The translations under genes and the position numbers were made by a program. From assembly GCA_944384855.1 (NCBI GenBank), contig CALWUY010000041.1:1786-65785 (forward strand): 64,000 bases of DNA, read 5' to 3'. This DNA comes from an uncultured Clostridia bacterium (GTDB taxonomy: Bacteria > Bacillota > Clostridia > Oscillospirales > Acutalibacteraceae). A model generated the notes under the pieces. That model ran no database searches, had not been told where the DNA came from, and saw only the letters and a list, made by a program, of their open reading frames with translations. Each line of letters begins with the position of its first letter. Position 1 is the first letter of the stretch. This document shows, in pieces, positions 17,546-27,814 of the stretch.

Positions 17546-18118
17546 TTAATGGCTGAATCCCAGATCAAAAGCTTTTTTGTTCATTTCAATAAATTTGGGC
17601 GCGACGGTTTTTTCTATTGCGGTTATCCATTTATCGTAAGGTATATCAAAATGCTTTGCCGCTTTACCCATAAGTACAATGTTAACCGCTTTGGATGACC
17701 CGGCCTGCTCAGCAAGCGAAAGCGCGTCAAGCGCTTCCACTTTGAGTCCCTTGGCAGTAAGCTGACTGAGTACGTCTTCCGGATACTGTGCCGCTCCTAT
17801 AATAACCGGCATCGGATCTATCTGCTGGGTATTTACAACTATGACTCCGTCTCTTTTAAGATATTTGGAATATCTTGCAGCCTCAAGCTTTTCAAAGGAA
17901 ATTATAAAGTCGGCTTCCGATTCGGTAACTATAGGCGAATATACCTTATCCCCGTATCTTACATAAGTTACAACGGAACCACCTCTTTGGCTCATACCGT
18001 GAACCTCACTTACCTTTACATCATAACCTTCGTCAAGCAAAAGCCTTCCGAGCAATTTTGATGCAAGCAGACTTCCCTGTCCTCCTACACCGACTATCAT
18101 AACACTTTTAGTATTCAT
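17546..18118 (-). CDS. iorB: indolepyruvate:ferredoxin oxidoreductase, beta subunit
   Basis: MIVGVGGQGSLLASKLLG motif. The ATG at 18118 follows GAGGAGG. The track start at 18148 would overlap iorA. Confidence 0.85.
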   Translation of the reverse strand: MNTKSVMIVGVGGQGSLLASKLLGRLLLDEGYDVKVSEVHGMSQRGGSVVTYVRYGDKVYSPIVTESEADFIISFEKLEAARYSKYLKRDGVIVVNTQQIDPMPVIIGAAQYPEDVLSQLTAKGLKVEALDALSLAEQAGSSKAVNIVLMGKAAKHFDIPYDKWITAIEKTVAPKFIEMNKKAFDLGFSH

Positions 18119-18131
18119 GATCACTGCCTCC

Positions 18132-19856
18132 TCACACGATAGCGTCAAATGCGCAGAGCTGCTTGCAAACTGAACAGCCTACACAAAGGGTATTGTCGAT
18201 TTTTGCCTTGCCGTCTTTAAGGCTTATTGCCGGACATCCAAGTCCCATACATCTTTTACAGGACCTGCATTTATCGGTTTCCACCTTAAGCGGAGCTTCG
18301 TGTTTTACATATTTAAGCAGTACACAAGGTCTGCGGGAAATTATAACCGAAGGCTCATCCGCCGCCAACTCTTCCTTCACCGCGGTTTCGCAGGCGCTCA
18401 GATCATACGGGTCGACAACCCTTACCCTGTTTATTCCGAGCGAACGGCAAAGCTCCTCTAAATTAACCTTAGCCGCAGGATCGCCTTTTATGTTGTAACC
18501 GGTAGTGGGGTTCTGCTGATGACCGGTCATACCGGTAATCGAGTTGTCAAGAATTATTACCGTGGAATTTGTGGCATTGTACGCTACGTTTACAAGCCCT
18601 GTCATTCCGGAGTGCATGAATGTGGAGTCTCCTATTACGGCAACCGACTTTTTCTCGGTTTCTTCACGCCTTGCGGCGTTGAATCCGTGCAGACCTGAAA
18701 CCGATGCTCCCATACACAGCGTCGAATCAAGAGCGTTAAGCGGAGGCACCGCGCCTAAAGTATAACATCCTATATCGCCGTGAACCGTAATTCTATTTTT
18801 TGCCAGTACATAAAACATTCCTCTGTGAGGACATCCTGCGCACATCATAGGCGGACGTGCCGGGATATCCGAATCGGCAGTAATTCCCTGTACGGTTTCC
18901 CTGCCGAATACTTTGGCAACGGTTTGCTGTGAAAATTCTCCCAAGGCAGAGAACAGCTCTTTGCCTATACAATCTATTCCGAGCGAACGAACGTGAGTTT
19001 CTATAACCGGATCAAGTTCTTCTATTACATATAATTTTTTCACCTTTGCGGCAAAATCCTTAATAAGCTTTACGGGCAGTGGATTCGGCATTCCGATTTT
19101 AAGTATACTTGCCTTGTCACCCATAACTTCCTTAACATATAAATAAGAACATCCGGAGGTTATGATTCCTATTTCCGAAGAATTCATTTCCACACGGTTA
19201 TAAATGCAGTCTTCGGCGAATTCCCTCAGCGCCTGAGTCCTGGCCTCTACCACCGGATGCCGCTTTACTGCGTTGCCCGGCATCATTATGTACTTTGCAG
19301 GATTTTTCACATACTCCTTTAAAACCGCCGGTGTTTTTTCTCCGGTTTCAACAACTGACTGGCTGTGGGCTATACGGGTACACATTCGCAGAATTACCGG
19401 CGTATCGTACTTTTCAGAAAGCTCAAAAGCAGATTTCGCAAACTCATAGGCTTCTGCCGAATCCGAAGGCTCAAGCATGGGAACCTTGGCGGCAATAGCA
19501 TAATGTCTTGAATCCTGTTCGTTCTGGGACGAATGCATAGCGGGGTCATCTGCGACACAGATTACCATACCGCCGTTGACTCCTGTATAAGAGAGGGTGA
19601 ACAGCGGATCTGCCGCAACATTCAAACCTACATGCTTCATCGCGCATGCCGAACGTGCTCCTGCAAGGCTTGCTCCGAACGCGACCTCACACGCTACCTT
19701 TTCATTAGGCGCCCATTCACTGTGTATGTCGTTATATTCCGACAAAAATTCTGTTATTTCAGTAGAAGGCGTACCGGGATAACTTGAAACTACACCCAAT
19801 CCGCCGTCATAAAGACCGGCCGCTACCGCGCGGTTACCTATCATTAGCTCTTTCAT
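18132..19856 (-). CDS. iorA: indolepyruvate:ferredoxin oxidoreductase, alpha subunit (TPP and 2x[4Fe-4S])
   Basis: TPP-binding GDSTFMHSG and C-terminal ferredoxin motifs CRSCKRCMGLGCP / CVGCSVCKQLC. 574 aa. Confidence 0.88.
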   Translation of the reverse strand: MKELMIGNRAVAAGLYDGGLGVVSSYPGTPSTEITEFLSEYNDIHSEWAPNEKVACEVAFGASLAGARSACAMKHVGLNVAADPLFTLSYTGVNGGMVICVADDPAMHSSQNEQDSRHYAIAAKVPMLEPSDSAEAYEFAKSAFELSEKYDTPVILRMCTRIAHSQSVVETGEKTPAVLKEYVKNPAKYIMMPGNAVKRHPVVEARTQALREFAEDCIYNRVEMNSSEIGIITSGCSYLYVKEVMGDKASILKIGMPNPLPVKLIKDFAAKVKKLYVIEELDPVIETHVRSLGIDCIGKELFSALGEFSQQTVAKVFGRETVQGITADSDIPARPPMMCAGCPHRGMFYVLAKNRITVHGDIGCYTLGAVPPLNALDSTLCMGASVSGLHGFNAARREETEKKSVAVIGDSTFMHSGMTGLVNVAYNATNSTVIILDNSITGMTGHQQNPTTGYNIKGDPAAKVNLEELCRSLGINRVRVVDPYDLSACETAVKEELAADEPSVIISRRPCVLLKYVKHEAPLKVETDKCRSCKRCMGLGCPAISLKDGKAKIDNTLCVGCSVCKQLCAFDAIV

Positions 19857-19897
19857 TGCTTTTTTCCTTTCCCTTATATTATAATACCTTAACCGGT

Positions 19898-21535
19898 TTA
19901 AGATTTGTTCTGCGATGCTACCAATTCTTCCGCTCCGTAAATCTTTCTGAGCTTCGGCTTTTCTATCTTACCCGTAGCGTTGCGCGGTACATCGGCAAAA
20001 ATTATCTTCCGCGGACGTTTATATCTGGGTAAATCCAGACAAAATTCATTTATTTCCGCTTCAGTGCACTCCACACCGTCTTTGAGCTTTATAATAGCGG
20101 CAGCTATTTCTCCGAGCCTCTTGTCCGGGAGTCCTATAACCGCAACATCGCTCACTTTAGGATATGCCGCCAAAAAATTCTCTATCTGAACCGGATAAAG
20201 GTTTTCTCCTCCGCTTATTATAACATCCTTTTTTCTGTCAACAAGGTAAATGAAACCGTCTTCATCCTGCATGGCCATATCACCTGTATAAAGCCACCCG
20301 TCTTTCAGAGTCTCAGCCGTCGCTTTTTCGTCGCGGTAATAGCATGTCATTACACCCAGACCCTTAAGACACAGTTCTCCTACCCTGCCCTGCGTTACCT
20401 CTTTGCCTTCGGTATCTACGATTTTAACCTGCCATCCGTATCCCGGTATGCCGATTGCCCCTACCTTGTGCGTGTTTTCAACTCCCAAATGCACAGCGCC
20501 GGGTCCTATGGATTCAGAAAGCCCGTAATTTGTGTCATACTGCTGATTAGGGAATATTTCAAGCCATTTCTTAATCAGACTCTGAGGTACCGGCTGCGCT
20601 CCGATATGCATAAGCCTCCAATGAGACAGATCATAGTCTTCAAGCTTTATTTCTCCCCGCTCAATTGCATTCAGAATATCCTGTGCCCACGGGACAAGCA
20701 GCCATACTATCGTACATTTCTCCCTGCTTGCGGATTCTATTATATTTTTAGGCTGTGCGCCTTTAAGTATAACCGCCTTCGATCCTGAGATAAGACTGCC
20801 GAACCAATGCATTTTAGCGCCTGTATGGTACAGCGGAGGAATACATAAAAAACAGTCGTCCTTTGTCTGTCCGTGATGCTTCTGCTCTACGCGGCTTGAA
20901 TGTATGAGGCTTTCGTGATTATGTAATATTGCTTTCGGGAAACCTGTCGTTCCGGAAGAAAAATAAATTGCTGCATCGTCGCTTTCCTTCAGCTCACATT
21001 CCGGGAAAGTGCCTGAACATTCAGATATTAAATCGTTATAATCTTCTGCGAATGCAGGACATCCCGCCCCTAAATATATAAGCACACGTTTTTTCCCTAT
21101 TTTGTTGGCTATGGCTTCAATCCGTCCTATAAACTCGGGTCCGAAAATCAATACGTCAACTTCTGCTAGGTCTACACAGTATTCTATTTCATCAGATGAA
21201 TATCTGAAATTAAGAGGCACTGCCAATGCTCCTACCTTTAATATACCGAAATAAATGGGCAGCCAGTCAATACAGTTCATAAGAAGTATCGCGACCTTTC
21301 GTCCCTTCCCTATTCCGTTGGCCTTAAGCATATTTGCACACCGGTTGGCCTTCTCGTTAAAAACCTCCCATGTGATTTCCCTGCGGTAATGAGGAACCCT
21401 TGCGGTAGGCTCCACAAGTTCAAATTCATTCCACGTCAGTCTTCTGGTTTCAGGCTGATCGGGATTTATTTCAATAAGCGATGTATCCTGCGGAAACTCC
21501 TTTGCGTTTCTCTCAAGCAAATGAACAATTGTCAT
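19898..21535 (-). CDS. AMP-dependent acyl-CoA synthetase/ligase
   Basis: Adenylate-forming motifs YFSSGTTGFPKA, YGLSE, GWLYTGD and GKIEKPKLR. Confidence 0.85.
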   Translation of the reverse strand: MTIVHLLERNAKEFPQDTSLIEINPDQPETRRLTWNEFELVEPTARVPHYRREITWEVFNEKANRCANMLKANGIGKGRKVAILLMNCIDWLPIYFGILKVGALAVPLNFRYSSDEIEYCVDLAEVDVLIFGPEFIGRIEAIANKIGKKRVLIYLGAGCPAFAEDYNDLISECSGTFPECELKESDDAAIYFSSGTTGFPKAILHNHESLIHSSRVEQKHHGQTKDDCFLCIPPLYHTGAKMHWFGSLISGSKAVILKGAQPKNIIESASREKCTIVWLLVPWAQDILNAIERGEIKLEDYDLSHWRLMHIGAQPVPQSLIKKWLEIFPNQQYDTNYGLSESIGPGAVHLGVENTHKVGAIGIPGYGWQVKIVDTEGKEVTQGRVGELCLKGLGVMTCYYRDEKATAETLKDGWLYTGDMAMQDEDGFIYLVDRKKDVIISGGENLYPVQIENFLAAYPKVSDVAVIGLPDKRLGEIAAAIIKLKDGVECTEAEINEFCLDLPRYKRPRKIIFADVPRNATGKIEKPKLRKIYGAEELVASQNKS

Positions 21536-21703
21536 AACACACTTTTCCCTCCGCGGCGTAAAAGCCGCCGCATATCTTCACAAAATGATATTTTAATATA
21601 ATTTTATTTTTATATTTTACCATTTTAAAGCACAAAAGTCAACCTATGTACTCAATGAATTTGCAAAATAAAAACCCTGAATTTACGGTCAGCGGATATA
21701 TCA

Positions 21704-21730
21704 AAAGCGGACATCCTGAATGTCCGCTTT
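21704..21730 (-). terminator. probable intrinsic terminator after the S11 carboxypeptidase gene
   Basis: aaagcggaca-tcctgaa-tgtccgcttt, with only a short U-tract. Confidence 0.55.
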
Positions 21731-21733
21731 ATG

Positions 21734-22867
21734 TCATTTCGCGAATTCCTTATAAAGATCTATCTGACCGTAAAACGCCGGCCATTTCGAAGAATTACCC
21801 ATAGTTACAACTATATATTCGTTGCCGTTGCTGTTACACTCTCCGTATGAAGCTATACAATAACCGGATTCATTTACAAACCCTGTTTTTCCGCCTAAAA
21901 TCGTAGCTGTTCCGGGTTCTGTGCCGTACATATACTCAAAAATCGTATTTGAGAGTAAAATACCGTCGGGATTCTGGGGCGTTTTACTTGTTGTATACTG
22001 ATAGGTTGAAAGAATTTGCTTACAGAAATCATCCTGCAGCGCAGTGTCAAGTATAACCGCCATATCGTACGCAGTTGAATAATTATCAACGTCATGCAAT
22101 CCGACAACATTGGTAAAATGTGTTCCTTTAAGACCCAATTGAGCAACCTTATCATTCATCAGTTCTACAAAAGCTTCTTCGCTTCCAGCAGTCATGATCG
22201 CCAGCCCCATCGCCGCGTCTGCTCCGGAAGGAAGTACCGTCCCGTAAAACAGGTCTCTGACAGTTATTACCTCATCATTTAAAAATCCTGCCACCGAAGC
22301 CTCTGCAACAAACAGCGGATCTGTAATCTCATACGTCATGGTAAACGTGTCGTCTAAATCTTTAAGATGCTCGGCCGCAACGATCAGTGTCATTATTTTT
22401 GTCGTCGACGCAGGATACATCTTCTCATGAGAATTGCGTTCGGCTACAACCGTATTATTCTGTTTATCAATTATTATAGCCGCTTTCGCGTCATTGGAAT
22501 CCGGTATGCTCTGAGTATTATCACTGAATGTATATGACGGCAATAATGTCTTTTGCTCTTTTTCCGCCCTCTGCACAACAGATACGTTATTCTCCTGCTT
22601 TTTGATGCTTCCCGTATCGTCCTGGGATTTGGCCAAAGCATTTATAACCGTTACTCCCGCTGCAACCAATACGATCACAGCGGCTAATGCGACCACAGAT
22701 TTTCTGATGCGGTATACGCCGCCTTTGAATTTCTTCTTTGCTGCCGGCTGTTCTGTTTTTTTTCTGCCGGTATTTGTACCGTTTGTGTCATTACGCCTTT
22801 CGAGCTGTTGCTCTAACGATTTAAAGTATCCGCCGTAGCTTTTGTTATGCCACGAATTTTCTGACAT
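21734..22867 (-). CDS. D-alanyl-D-alanine carboxypeptidase (serine type, peptidase S11), membrane anchored
   Basis: SxxK (PASTTKIMT), an SGAD region and KTGF. It has an N-terminal TM helix. Confidence 0.85.
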   Translation of the reverse strand: MSENSWHNKSYGGYFKSLEQQLERRNDTNGTNTGRKKTEQPAAKKKFKGGVYRIRKSVVALAAVIVLVAAGVTVINALAKSQDDTGSIKKQENNVSVVQRAEKEQKTLLPSYTFSDNTQSIPDSNDAKAAIIIDKQNNTVVAERNSHEKMYPASTTKIMTLIVAAEHLKDLDDTFTMTYEITDPLFVAEASVAGFLNDEVITVRDLFYGTVLPSGADAAMGLAIMTAGSEEAFVELMNDKVAQLGLKGTHFTNVVGLHDVDNYSTAYDMAVILDTALQDDFCKQILSTYQYTTSKTPQNPDGILLSNTIFEYMYGTEPGTATILGGKTGFVNESGYCIASYGECNSNGNEYIVVTMGNSSKWPAFYGQIDLYKEFAK

Positions 22868-22939
22868 GGGAATTCTCCGTTCAAAGTTTAAAGTATAAAA
22901 ATATATTTGTATTTTATTTATTTACTTATATTAACCGAA

Positions 22940-23722
22940 TCAAAATCCGCGTCCTGCCCCTCCGCCGCCGAATGAGCCTCCGCCGCCGGAAAATCCGCCG
23001 AATGAACCGCCTCCGAATCCTCCTCCGCGGCCGCCCCGCGGTCCGCCGAAAAATGTCGGGAAAAATATAAACGAACTTCTTCCGCCGCGGGAAAATATCA
23101 TTATAAAAATAAATAAAACCGCAAACATTATTATCCACGATACCCCGACTGAAAGCGGGCTTTGCGATACATTCTGCGTGACGCTGATGTTGTCTATCGG
23201 AGTATATCCGTCAGGTGTAATACCGTACTCAATGTATACCTCGTTTATGACCGCGTCTGCAATAGATGTGATTCCCTTTGAAAAATCATCCTGCTTAAGA
23301 TATTCAAGTCCGTAAACATCTATTATTCTTCCGGCTTTGCTGTCCGGTATAGCTCCCTCAAGTCCGTATCCCACAGCTATTTCAATCTGACGTTCTTCTT
23401 CCGCAAGCAGTATGACGACTCCGTTGTCAGCGTCTTTATCGCCTACTCCCCAGTCCCGTCCTAATTCGAGCGCATATTCGCTCGGATCCGCCGCTCCTAT
23501 ACTCTCTACCGTCACCACTACCACCTGGGCAGTAGTTTTCTGATTAAGCGCTACAGCCTTTGACAAAATCTCGGATTCATCGCTCTGCGATATCACATCC
23601 GCAAAATCATTAACATAAAAACTGTCGGTCGGTTTGAGCGTCTCTTCCTTTGAGCAGCCGCAAAGGAAAAGCATTAAAAATACCGCCGCCAAAACCGATA
23701 ATCTTTTAATCCCCATTATCAA
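22940..23722 (-). CDS. TPM domain protein (YgcG-like) with a C-terminal TM helix and a Gly-rich tail
   Basis: Lipoprotein-like signal (LFLCGCS), TPM core (VVVTVESIG...GVVILLAEEERQIEIAVGYGLEG) and a GGxGG tail. Confidence 0.75.
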   Translation of the reverse strand: MIMGIKRLSVLAAVFLMLFLCGCSKEETLKPTDSFYVNDFADVISQSDESEILSKAVALNQKTTAQVVVVTVESIGAADPSEYALELGRDWGVGDKDADNGVVILLAEEERQIEIAVGYGLEGAIPDSKAGRIIDVYGLEYLKQDDFSKGITSIADAVINEVYIEYGITPDGYTPIDNISVTQNVSQSPLSVGVSWIIMFAVLFIFIMIFSRGGRSSFIFFPTFFGGPRGGRGGGFGGGSFGGFSGGGGSFGGGGAGRGF

Positions 23723-24291
23723 TCAAAACTCACTTCCGGAACAGTTTCGGTTCCTGATGCCGCCTCGAAATAATCGAATGATTCAAATCCGAATATACCC
23801 GCTATAATATTCTTGGGGAATTTTTTAATGTCAGAGTTATATTCACGCGCATCCTCATTAAAATCTTTGCGTGCCGTCGCTATTCGGTTTTCAGTGCCGG
23901 CAAGCTCATCGTTAAGCGCCGTAAACTGTGTGTCCGCCTTAAGCTCCGGATAAGCCTCTGTCACGGCGTTCACCCAAATATCAAGCGCGCTTTCAAGCTG
24001 ATTAGACGCCTGTATCTGGTCGTTGACATTACCGGCATTATTAAACGCGTTCCTTGCCTCAGTGACGGCGGTCAGTGTTTCCTGCTCGTAATCGGTATAA
24101 CCTTCAACTGAATTTACAAGATTAGGTATTAAATCCGCCCGCCTCTGCAGATAAACCGACACATTGGACCATGATTCCTCGACTTCTTCCCTGCTTTCTA
24201 CCAGTCCGTTGTAAGCTCCCACAAAAATACCTATTATCAATACTATAACAGCAATTATTGAAACTGTTATTATAAGACCTTTTTTCTTCAT
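23719..24291 (-). CDS. LemA family protein
   Basis: N-terminal TM helix, then YNGLVESREEVEESWSNVSVYLQRRADLIPNLV, which is typical LemA. It overlaps the TPM gene by 4 nt. Confidence 0.85.
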   Translation of the reverse strand: MKKKGLIITVSIIAVIVLIIGIFVGAYNGLVESREEVEESWSNVSVYLQRRADLIPNLVNSVEGYTDYEQETLTAVTEARNAFNNAGNVNDQIQASNQLESALDIWVNAVTEAYPELKADTQFTALNDELAGTENRIATARKDFNEDAREYNSDIKKFPKNIIAGIFGFESFDYFEAASGTETVPEVSFD

Positions 24292-24551
24292 AAAAACAAA
24301 ACCCCTTTCAAGTTTTTTTATATTGTACTACATCTCATACAAAATTTCCACTATAATTTAAATATTTAATAAAATATTGATTTTTTTCATTAAAAAGGTT
24401 ATTATATACTATGGTAAAATTTTAACAAAATATTTTACGCTTAATTTTACATACACCGTACAGAGAATCAGATATCCACCGGTACTTTGATTTTTGCCTG
24501 CCAAGCGCGGTGTTTGATCGAATACATAAATTGTAAAGGCGGAATTTAAAA

Positions 24552-25274
24552 ATGTTGGAACTGCAAAATGTTTCTTTTTCAGCTGAAAATGTGGACGGCA
24601 AAAAAGAAATAATTAAAAATATCAGCTTAAAAATCGACAACGGTTTTACGGTTATAACCGGCCCTAACGGAGGAGGAAAATCAACGCTTGCCAAAATAAT
24701 ATCCGGTATACTAAAACCTTCGTCAGGAAAAATACTTCTTGACGGTGAAGATATTACCGGATATTCCATAACCGAACGGGCCAATAAAGGCATAAGCTTT
24801 GCTTTTCAGCAGCCGGTACGTTTTAAAGGAATTACCGTTAATGACCTTATAAGTCTTGCGGCCGGAAAAAATATCGGTATTACCGAAGCCTGCGACTATC
24901 TGTCACAGGTAGGTCTTTGTGCGAGGGATTATATAAACCGTGAAGTTAATGCCTCGCTTTCCGGCGGTGAACTTAAACGCATTGAAATAGCTACGGTTCT
25001 TGCGCGCCAAACCAAAATATCGTTATTTGACGAGCCTGAAGCCGGAATAGATTTATGGAGCTTTAACAGTTTGATACAGGTGTTTGAAAAAATGCACGGC
25101 ACTTTGGGAGGCTCTATTATTATTATCTCCCATCAGGAAAGAATTCTTAATATCGCCGACAGGATAATAGTGGTATCTGAAGGAAACATTGAAAAAACGG
25201 GAACAAAACAGGAAATTCTGCCCGCACTTTTAGGCAAAGCGGATATGGCCTGCAAAAAATTGATAGGAGGCTGA
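24552..25274 (+). CDS. sufC: SufC-like Fe-S cluster assembly ATPase
   Basis: Walker A GPNGGGKST, signature LSGGELKR, Walker B LFDEPEAGID and H-loop ISHQ. Confidence 0.8.
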   Translation: MLELQNVSFSAENVDGKKEIIKNISLKIDNGFTVITGPNGGGKSTLAKIISGILKPSSGKILLDGEDITGYSITERANKGISFAFQQPVRFKGITVNDLISLAAGKNIGITEACDYLSQVGLCARDYINREVNASLSGGELKRIEIATVLARQTKISLFDEPEAGIDLWSFNSLIQVFEKMHGTLGGSIIIISHQERILNIADRIIVVSEGNIEKTGTKQEILPALLGKADMACKKLIGG

Positions 25275-25286
25275 AAACAAGATTTT

Positions 25287-26204
25287 ATGAACAACACAGA
25301 GCTTGAACTTTTAAAAATCATTGCAGATATGGACGGTACGCCTGCGGGCGCGTTTAATATACGTTCAAACGGAAGTCTTGCCGAAAGACATATCACTGAA
25401 AATGTTAACATCGTAACAAAAACCGATAAACCGGGAATAGATATAATAGTTAAACCCAACACAAAAAACGAAAAAATTCACATTCCTGTAATTATAAGCG
25501 AAAGCGGCCTTGAAGAAATAGTATACAATGATTTTATTATTGGTGACGGCGCCGACGTTGAAATAGTAGCAGGATGCGGTATTCATAACTGCGGCGACGA
25601 AGAATCCCGCCATGATGGTATCCACAGTTTTTTCGTAGGCAAAAACGCTAAAGTAAGATATGTGGAAAAACATTTCGGCAACGGCGACGGCAACGGCGAA
25701 AAAAATATGAATCCCACCACAATAATCAATATCGCCGAAGGCGGAAGTATGGAAATGGAAACCACACAAATAAAAGGTATTGATTCTACAAACCGGGTTA
25801 CAAAAGCACATCTTCAAAAAGACGCAACACTTATTATAAAGGAAAAGCTTATGACCCATGGGAAACAAAAAGCGGAAACAGATTTTACTGTCAATCTTGA
25901 CGGTGAAAATTCAAGTGCCAACGTAATATCGAGATCTGTGGCCAAAGATAACTCACAACAGGTATTTCTTTCGAAAATAAACGGAAACAATATTTGCAGC
26001 GGACATACCGAGTGCGACGCGATTATTATGGATAACGCTCATGTTTCGGCGATACCGGAAATAACCGCCAACCATATAGACGCTTCACTTATTCACGAGG
26101 CAGCAATAGGAAAAATTGCGGGAGAGCAGCTTATTAAACTTATGACTCTGGGACTCAGCGAAAAAGAAGCTGAGGAACAAATAGTAAACGGTTTTTTAAA
26201 ATAA
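25287..26204 (+). CDS. small SufB/SufD family scaffold protein (305 aa)
   Basis: The C-terminal ...LIHEAAIGKIAGEQLIKLMTLGLSEKEAEEQIVNGF is typical of SufB/D. It lies immediately downstream of the sufC-like gene. Confidence 0.75.
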   Translation: MNNTELELLKIIADMDGTPAGAFNIRSNGSLAERHITENVNIVTKTDKPGIDIIVKPNTKNEKIHIPVIISESGLEEIVYNDFIIGDGADVEIVAGCGIHNCGDEESRHDGIHSFFVGKNAKVRYVEKHFGNGDGNGEKNMNPTTIINIAEGGSMEMETTQIKGIDSTNRVTKAHLQKDATLIIKEKLMTHGKQKAETDFTVNLDGENSSANVISRSVAKDNSQQVFLSKINGNNICSGHTECDAIIMDNAHVSAIPEITANHIDASLIHEAAIGKIAGEQLIKLMTLGLSEKEAEEQIVNGFLK

Positions 26205-26246
26205 TCGCTGAAAAATGCGGTAAAATAAATTATGAGGTGATAAAAA

Positions 26247-26780
26247 ATGGAATTAAAGGGAAGCAAAACAGAAAAAAATTTAATGGCGGCATTTTCGGGT
26301 GAAAGTGAAGCAAGGAACAAGTACACCTATTTTGCAAGCGTCGCTAAAAAGGAAGGATACGAGCAGATTTCCGCAATCTTTCTTGATACTGCCAACAATG
26401 AAAAAGAACACGCGAAAATGTGGTTCAAATATTTGAACGGTATAGGCGACACACTGCAGAATTTAAAGGCGGCAGCCGCAGGTGAGAATTACGAATGGAC
26501 CGATATGTATGCCACATTCGCAAAAGAAGCGGAAGAAGAAGGTTTCACCGAAATAGCTGAAAAGTTCCGCGGTGTAGCCAAAATAGAAAAAAGTCATGAG
26601 GAAAGATACCTTAAACTCCTCAACAATGTAGAAATGAAAAAAGTATTTGAAAAATCAGAGGAGACAATGTGGGAATGCCGCAACTGCGGACATTTGGTAA
26701 TCGGCAAAAAAGCGCCTCAAATCTGTCCGGTATGCAGCCATCCTCAGAGTTACTTTGAAGTAAGAAAAGAAAATTATTAA
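26247..26780 (+). CDS. rbr: rubrerythrin
   Basis: Diiron four-helix motifs ([25 protein letters not shown]) and a C-terminal rubredoxin CRNCG...CPVC. Confidence 0.92.
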   Translation: MELKGSKTEKNLMAAFSGESEARNKYTYFASVAKKEGYEQISAIFLDTANNEKEHAKMWFKYLNGIGDTLQNLKAAAAGENYEWTDMYATFAKEAEEEGFTEIAEKFRGVAKIEKSHEERYLKLLNNVEMKKVFEKSEETMWECRNCGHLVIGKKAPQICPVCSHPQSYFEVRKENY

Positions 26781-26796
26781 TATAATAATTATAATC

Positions 26797-26834
26797 AAAA
26801 CCGGTGAAGAGCCTATAGGCTCTTCACCGGTTTT
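26797..26834. terminator. bidirectional intrinsic terminator
   Basis: aaaaccggtgaagagcc-tata-ggctcttcaccggtttt lies between convergent genes. Confidence 0.85.
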
Positions 26835-27564
26835 ACTTTTCCTGGATTTTTTCCATTACACTAATGGATACTTCATGTGTTGTCAGCGCGGTTTCATTAT
26901 CCTCAAGCATAGTTCCGCTTATTTTTCTGCAGGAAATCTGCAGTCCTTCGGGCAAGCTTCCGAAATCTTCGTCTTGGGTAAACCTGTAAAATTCTTCAGA
27001 AAGTTTTACCGGGTCATCTTCAAATATATCTTTACCCTCGGCGATATTATCAAAGAATTTTATAGACTCTTCGTCTGTAATATACAGCATTGCCTTGTAC
27101 TCTCCGGCAAAAAACGCCTGAAGTTTCTGAAGCTGAGTATTCCTGTATCTCACATCAGTCGAATCATCGAAAAAACTGCAGTTAAGTACTTGTACGTTTA
27201 TTTCTCCGTCCTCGTTTACATCTGTACCGTATTTTTCAAAATAATCAGCTATAAGGTCGGTCTGCTGGTCAACAACCGGTGTATATGTGAAGTATACTAT
27301 ACTGAAATCGTATTTCGGTACACTTGCGCACTGTGCAATTAATATCACAAGAGTTACCGCCACAGCAGTTATGCCTATAACATACCATTTATACTGAAAC
27401 CAGAAGTTTTGCCATTTTTCTTTGAAAGTGCGCGGCACTATTGCAACCTCGCTCGGCTTCGGTCCGGCGTCCAGTTCACCTTTCTGCATTTTTTTAAGTT
27501 TTAAAAACTCTTCCCTCGCCCTGCGCTGTTCTTCCAATATTTCATTCTTGTTTTTTCCGGACAT
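26833..27564 (-). CDS. hypothetical single-pass membrane protein
   Basis: 243-aa ORF with a charged N-terminus, one TM helix (WYVIGITAVAVTLVILIA) and an extracytoplasmic domain. I recognise no family. Confidence 0.55.
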   Translation of the reverse strand: MSGKNKNEILEEQRRAREEFLKLKKMQKGELDAGPKPSEVAIVPRTFKEKWQNFWFQYKWYVIGITAVAVTLVILIAQCASVPKYDFSIVYFTYTPVVDQQTDLIADYFEKYGTDVNEDGEINVQVLNCSFFDDSTDVRYRNTQLQKLQAFFAGEYKAMLYITDEESIKFFDNIAEGKDIFEDDPVKLSEEFYRFTQDEDFGSLPEGLQISCRKISGTMLEDNETALTTHEVSISVMEKIQEK

Positions 27565-27814
27565 TTACTTACACCTCATTTTTCTGTTAAATTTTATCAT
27601 ATCTATTATGTTTTTTCAAGTTTTGTCTTTTTTAAAAAACGTCGTTTTAAATAAAATTTACATTTAGTTAATACGGAAATTATACTAATTTTCAATATTT
27701 TAAAAATCTTTTAACATTTTTTTAAAATAGTATTGCATTTATTTTTCAATGTGATATAATGACCGCAAAAGATTATACCAAACAGATCAATGCAATAAAA
27801 TATGAGGTGTCTCG

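Noticed and set aside
17351-17698. A 115-aa ORF in the T-rich spacer upstream of the BMC operon, and the (T)nG-rich tract itself as a microsatellite.
   Set aside because: The ORF is a low-complexity Phe/Leu-rich translation of an AT-rich promoter and terminator region, and it overlaps the iorB 3' end. The tract has no fixed repeat unit and is better explained as an A-tract or UP element for the minus-strand promoter.
22940-23070. A GC-rich reiterated ccgcc/ggagg stretch that looks like a simple-sequence repeat.
   Set aside because: It encodes the Gly-rich C-terminal tail (GGPRGGRGGGFGGGSFGG...) of the TPM-domain protein. Such tails are common in this family.
24292-24551. The 260-nt region upstream of the sufC-like gene as a possible riboswitch or leader.
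   Set aside because: I could find only a plausible promoter and short, weak pairings. I recognised no conserved riboswitch core, T-box specifier/antiterminator or terminator-antiterminator pair.
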